Assembly: GCA_043228905.1 (NCBI GenBank)
Contig: JBHGNT010000001.1
Span: forward strand, 24,676,001-24,740,000
Direction of reading: 5' to 3'
Length of the DNA stretch: 64,000 bases
Origin: Azolla caroliniana
Lineage: Eukaryota > Plantae > Polypodiophyta
Every line of letters starts with the position of its first letter. The stretch's first letter is position 1. A program made the position numbers and the translations under genes. Shown piece by piece: positions 61,121 to 64,000 of this stretch. The notes below the pieces were generated by a model, which ran no database searches, was not told the DNA's origin, and saw nothing but the letters and a program-made list of their open reading frames with translations.

Positions 61121-62292
61121 ACAGGGGGTTCTTGTATCAGACCAGTGTAGCCGAATAGCTTGTCGGCTACACGGATGCCGATTGGGCCGGAAATGTTGGC
61201 GACCGTAGGTCTACATCTGGATATGCGTTTTCACTGGGAAGTGTCGTTGTCGCCTAGAACAGTAAGAAGCAGCCGACTGTGGCATTATCGAGCACCGAGG
61301 TGGAGTACTAAGGAGTGGCTATCGCAAGGTGCGAAGCCATTTGGCTCAAACAGTTATTGAAGGATCTGCAAGTGAAGGTGTTCGATCCGATGACAATCTA
61401 CTACGACAACCTCACAGGGGGTTCTTGTATCAGACCAGTGTATCCGGATAGCTTGTCGGCTACACGGATGTCGATTGGGCCGGAAATGCTGGTTACCGTA
61501 GGTCTACATCCGGATATGCGTTTTCACTGGGAAGCGTCGTTGTCGCGTGGAACAGTAAGAAGCAGCCGACTGTGGCATTGTCAAGCACCGAGGCGGAGTA
61601 CTAAGGAGTGGCTATCGCAAGGTGCGAAGCCATTTGGCTCAAACAGTTATTGAAGGATCTGCAAGTGAAGGTGTCCGATCCGACGACAATCTACTATGAC
61701 AACCTCACAGGGGGTTCTTGTATTAGACCAATGTAGTCGGATAGCTTGTCGACTACACGGATGCCGATTGGGCCGGAAATGTTGGTGACCGTAGGTCTAC
61801 ATCTGGATATGCGTTTTCACTGGGAAGCGTCGTTGTCGCCTAGAACAGTAAGAAGCGACTGACTGTGGCATTGTCGAGCACTGAGGCGGAGTACTAAGGA
61901 GTGGCTATCGCAAGGTGCGAAGCCATTTGGCTCAAACAGTTATTGAAGGATCTGCAAGTGAAGGTGTCCCATCCGACGACAATCTACTACGACAACCTCA
62001 CAGGGGGTTCTTGTATTAGAACAATGTAGCCGGATAGCTTGTCGGCTACACGGATGCCGATTGGGCCGGAAATGCTGGTGACCGTAGGTCTACATCTGGA
62101 TATGCGTTTTCATTGGGAAGCGTCGTTGTCGCCTAGAACAGTAAGAAGCATCTGATTGTGGCATTGTCGAGCACCGAGGCGGAGTACTAAGGAGTGGCTA
62201 TTGCAAGGTGCAAAGCCATTTGGCTCAAACAGTTATTGAAGGATCTGCAAGTGAAGGTGTCCGATCCGACGTCAATCTACTACGACAACCTC
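61121..62292 (+). repeat. 4 x 293-bp tandem amplification of the copia RNase H segment
   Basis: Units start at 61121, 61414, 61707 and 62000 (ACAGGGGGTTCTTGTA...GACAACCTC). Confidence 0.95.
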
Positions 62293-62815
62293 AACAACAT
62301 CCAGGAGGCAAAGAACCCCATTTTTCACGTCTGGACCAAGCACATTGAGGTGCATTACCATTTTGTTTGTGAGCGTGTCCTCTCCGGTGAAGTCGAACTT
62401 GTGTATGCTCTGATGGATTGGTAGACTACCGACATCTTCACCAAACCTCTCCACCTGGACAAGTTGCAACATTTTTCGGTGATGCTTGGTCTTCAGCATC
62501 TTGACATGCTGCACTTGAGGGGGAGATAGGAGGAAACCGGAACGAAAATTGGGAAAATAGGTAATGGTACCGAAAAAACAGCCGGATAGATAAGGGGAGA
62601 CAAGAAGAAGAAGGAAGTCGAGTTGACTGAAGAAGTCAGCACATCGAAACAAGTCGGAACAAGCGGAGATGGCGATAGAGTCATGAAGGACACAACTGTT
62701 ATCCCCTTCTTTGGAAGCAACACCTTCGATTGTCCTTTCAGAAATCGTATCAAGGGGTCGTGGTACGTGGTGGAAAAATAGAAGGTGCACGAGATTGGCT
62801 TTGCAATCAGTGCCG

Positions 62816-63777
62816 TGTAACGAAATGATCGACGTCGCTTAGCCGTAAGACACGATCTTAATTCAAGAATAAACTTCTAAGTGTGACCGTAAACACAGAA
62901 CGTAATAGACCCAAAACCATATATTTATATTACAAGTGGAGGAACAATGATACACGATTCACGAACGGAGTTACAAAACTATGATCAAATGCTTATAGTA
63001 TCCTATCCTAGCTAGGGGGGGCTTCCTCTCTCCTCTGTTCGCTTCCTTCCTTTCATTTCTCCTTCACGTTTTATACCTTTTCCTTTTCTCACTTGGCATG
63101 CTTTAGTCTTCCATTGTTTTCGGCTGCACGTATTGCGGTTGCGTTCATTTGGCTGTATGTTTCTGATTCCGGTTGCCTTCACCTAGTTTGTCTACCTCTA
63201 GATTCGTTTCACACTTAATATACAAAAATTGGCCCACAGACAACACCTGGCACGCTCGTGGGACAATGCCTTTGCACGTTGAAGCCACAAAAATGAACAA
63301 AATAACGAGTCGTAAAATGGCTATGGTATGCTTAGTCTTCTGTCAAAATGTCGAGGATGCCTTTGGAGGTTGGGTGCATGGTTGTTCCCTCCGTCGTAGC
63401 CGCCGACATAGCTGGTTTTGGCTTGTTCTGTGGGGTTTGCTCGGTTGAAACATCAAGCTTGTGGTCGATATCTATCCTCGTTCCTGGTGGGGTGGGGGCT
63501 TCCTCTTCTTGGTTTGGTTGTCGATCTACGAAAGCTTTCCGTCTCCATTGATCGTTTTCCAATTGGGCGAAACTGGTGATGCGCTCCTCCTCGAGTTCGA
63601 GTAGTTGTTCCAGTCGTTGTTGTTCTGACTCTAATTCGGATAATTGTTCGGTTATTTGCACCCGAAGACTTGGAACTTGGAACTTGATCGGAATCACGGC
63701 TTCCAAGACAAAAGCCATTTGAAAGGGCGTGGACCCGATGTTGGTCTTGAATGCAGTGCGGTAAGCCCACAATGTGT
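62816..63777 (-). mobile_element. LTR fragment plus non-chromoviral gypsy integrase C-terminal fragment
   Basis: TGTAACG terminus at 62816; LWAYRTAFKTNIGSTPFQMAF..EAVIPI at ~63660-63775. Confidence 0.6.
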
Positions 63778-64000
63778 TGTCGTGAAAAATCCGTCACTAC
63801 GTGCGGATCATGAGGCGGAACCGCCAGGGTTCTAGACCGGAAGGATTCGAAGTTTGCACTAGATTTAGCGAGAAAGGATGTAAGATAGATTGACAAAGAG
63901 AGAGAGATTGAGATTAAGATTCCAATTTTGAAATAGATTGAGAAAGATTGAAATGGAGAGAGATTAAGATTGAACTCTTGACTTTAGACTTTAGAGTCTA
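63778..64000 (-). mobile_element. U5 end of an LTR of the same family as 1-397, inserted in the integrase fragment
   Basis: TGTCGTGAAAAATCC terminus; its reverse complement aligns with ~320-397. It interrupts the (A)LWAY coding sequence. Confidence 0.75.

Larger units (their letters stand above)
49857..62530 (+). mobile_element. Decayed Ty1/copia pol (INT-RT-RH), split by the 51457-60418 insertion
   Basis: GGSRYFVSFIDD, KIKCLRSDGG and QNGVAE integrase. RT ...KGW|[12 protein letters not shown] joins across the insertion; SLYGLKQA, YVDDL. RNase H YTDADWAG...KHIEVHYHFV. PPT-like TTGAGGGGGAG at ~62515. Confidence 0.9.

Overview
Eukaryotic, plant nuclear DNA. The repeat families and a three-SANT PWR-like protein suggest a non-seed land plant such as a fern or lycophyte, but that is inference. 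There is one clear host gene: a 5-exon POWERDRESS/NCoR-like SANT co-repressor (37853-46155, +, about 2196 aa, one GC-AG intron). It lies between two nests of LTR retrotransposons. Left nest: a decayed Ty3/gypsy with a tRNA-Trp-like PBS, and a chromovirus (3805-15942) that carries both a non-chromoviral gypsy (4615-9230) and a 509-bp foldback insertion (11007-11515). Right nest: a decayed Ty1/copia, interrupted by a non-coding tandem-repeat LTR element (51457-60418), itself interrupted by an intact, very young chromovirus (52676-59723). The middle holds LINE remnants, a hAT-type MITE, a 4x231-bp tandem array and an orphan promoter-like island. The most striking object is the foldback: two inverted 214-bp arms resembling the U5 end of a resident LTR family (TGTCG...CGACA termini, 4-bp CpG-centred TSDs), inserted with its own perfect 4-bp TSD. 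It looks like a TIR element built from two retrotransposon att ends. All alignments were done by eye; no database search was possible.
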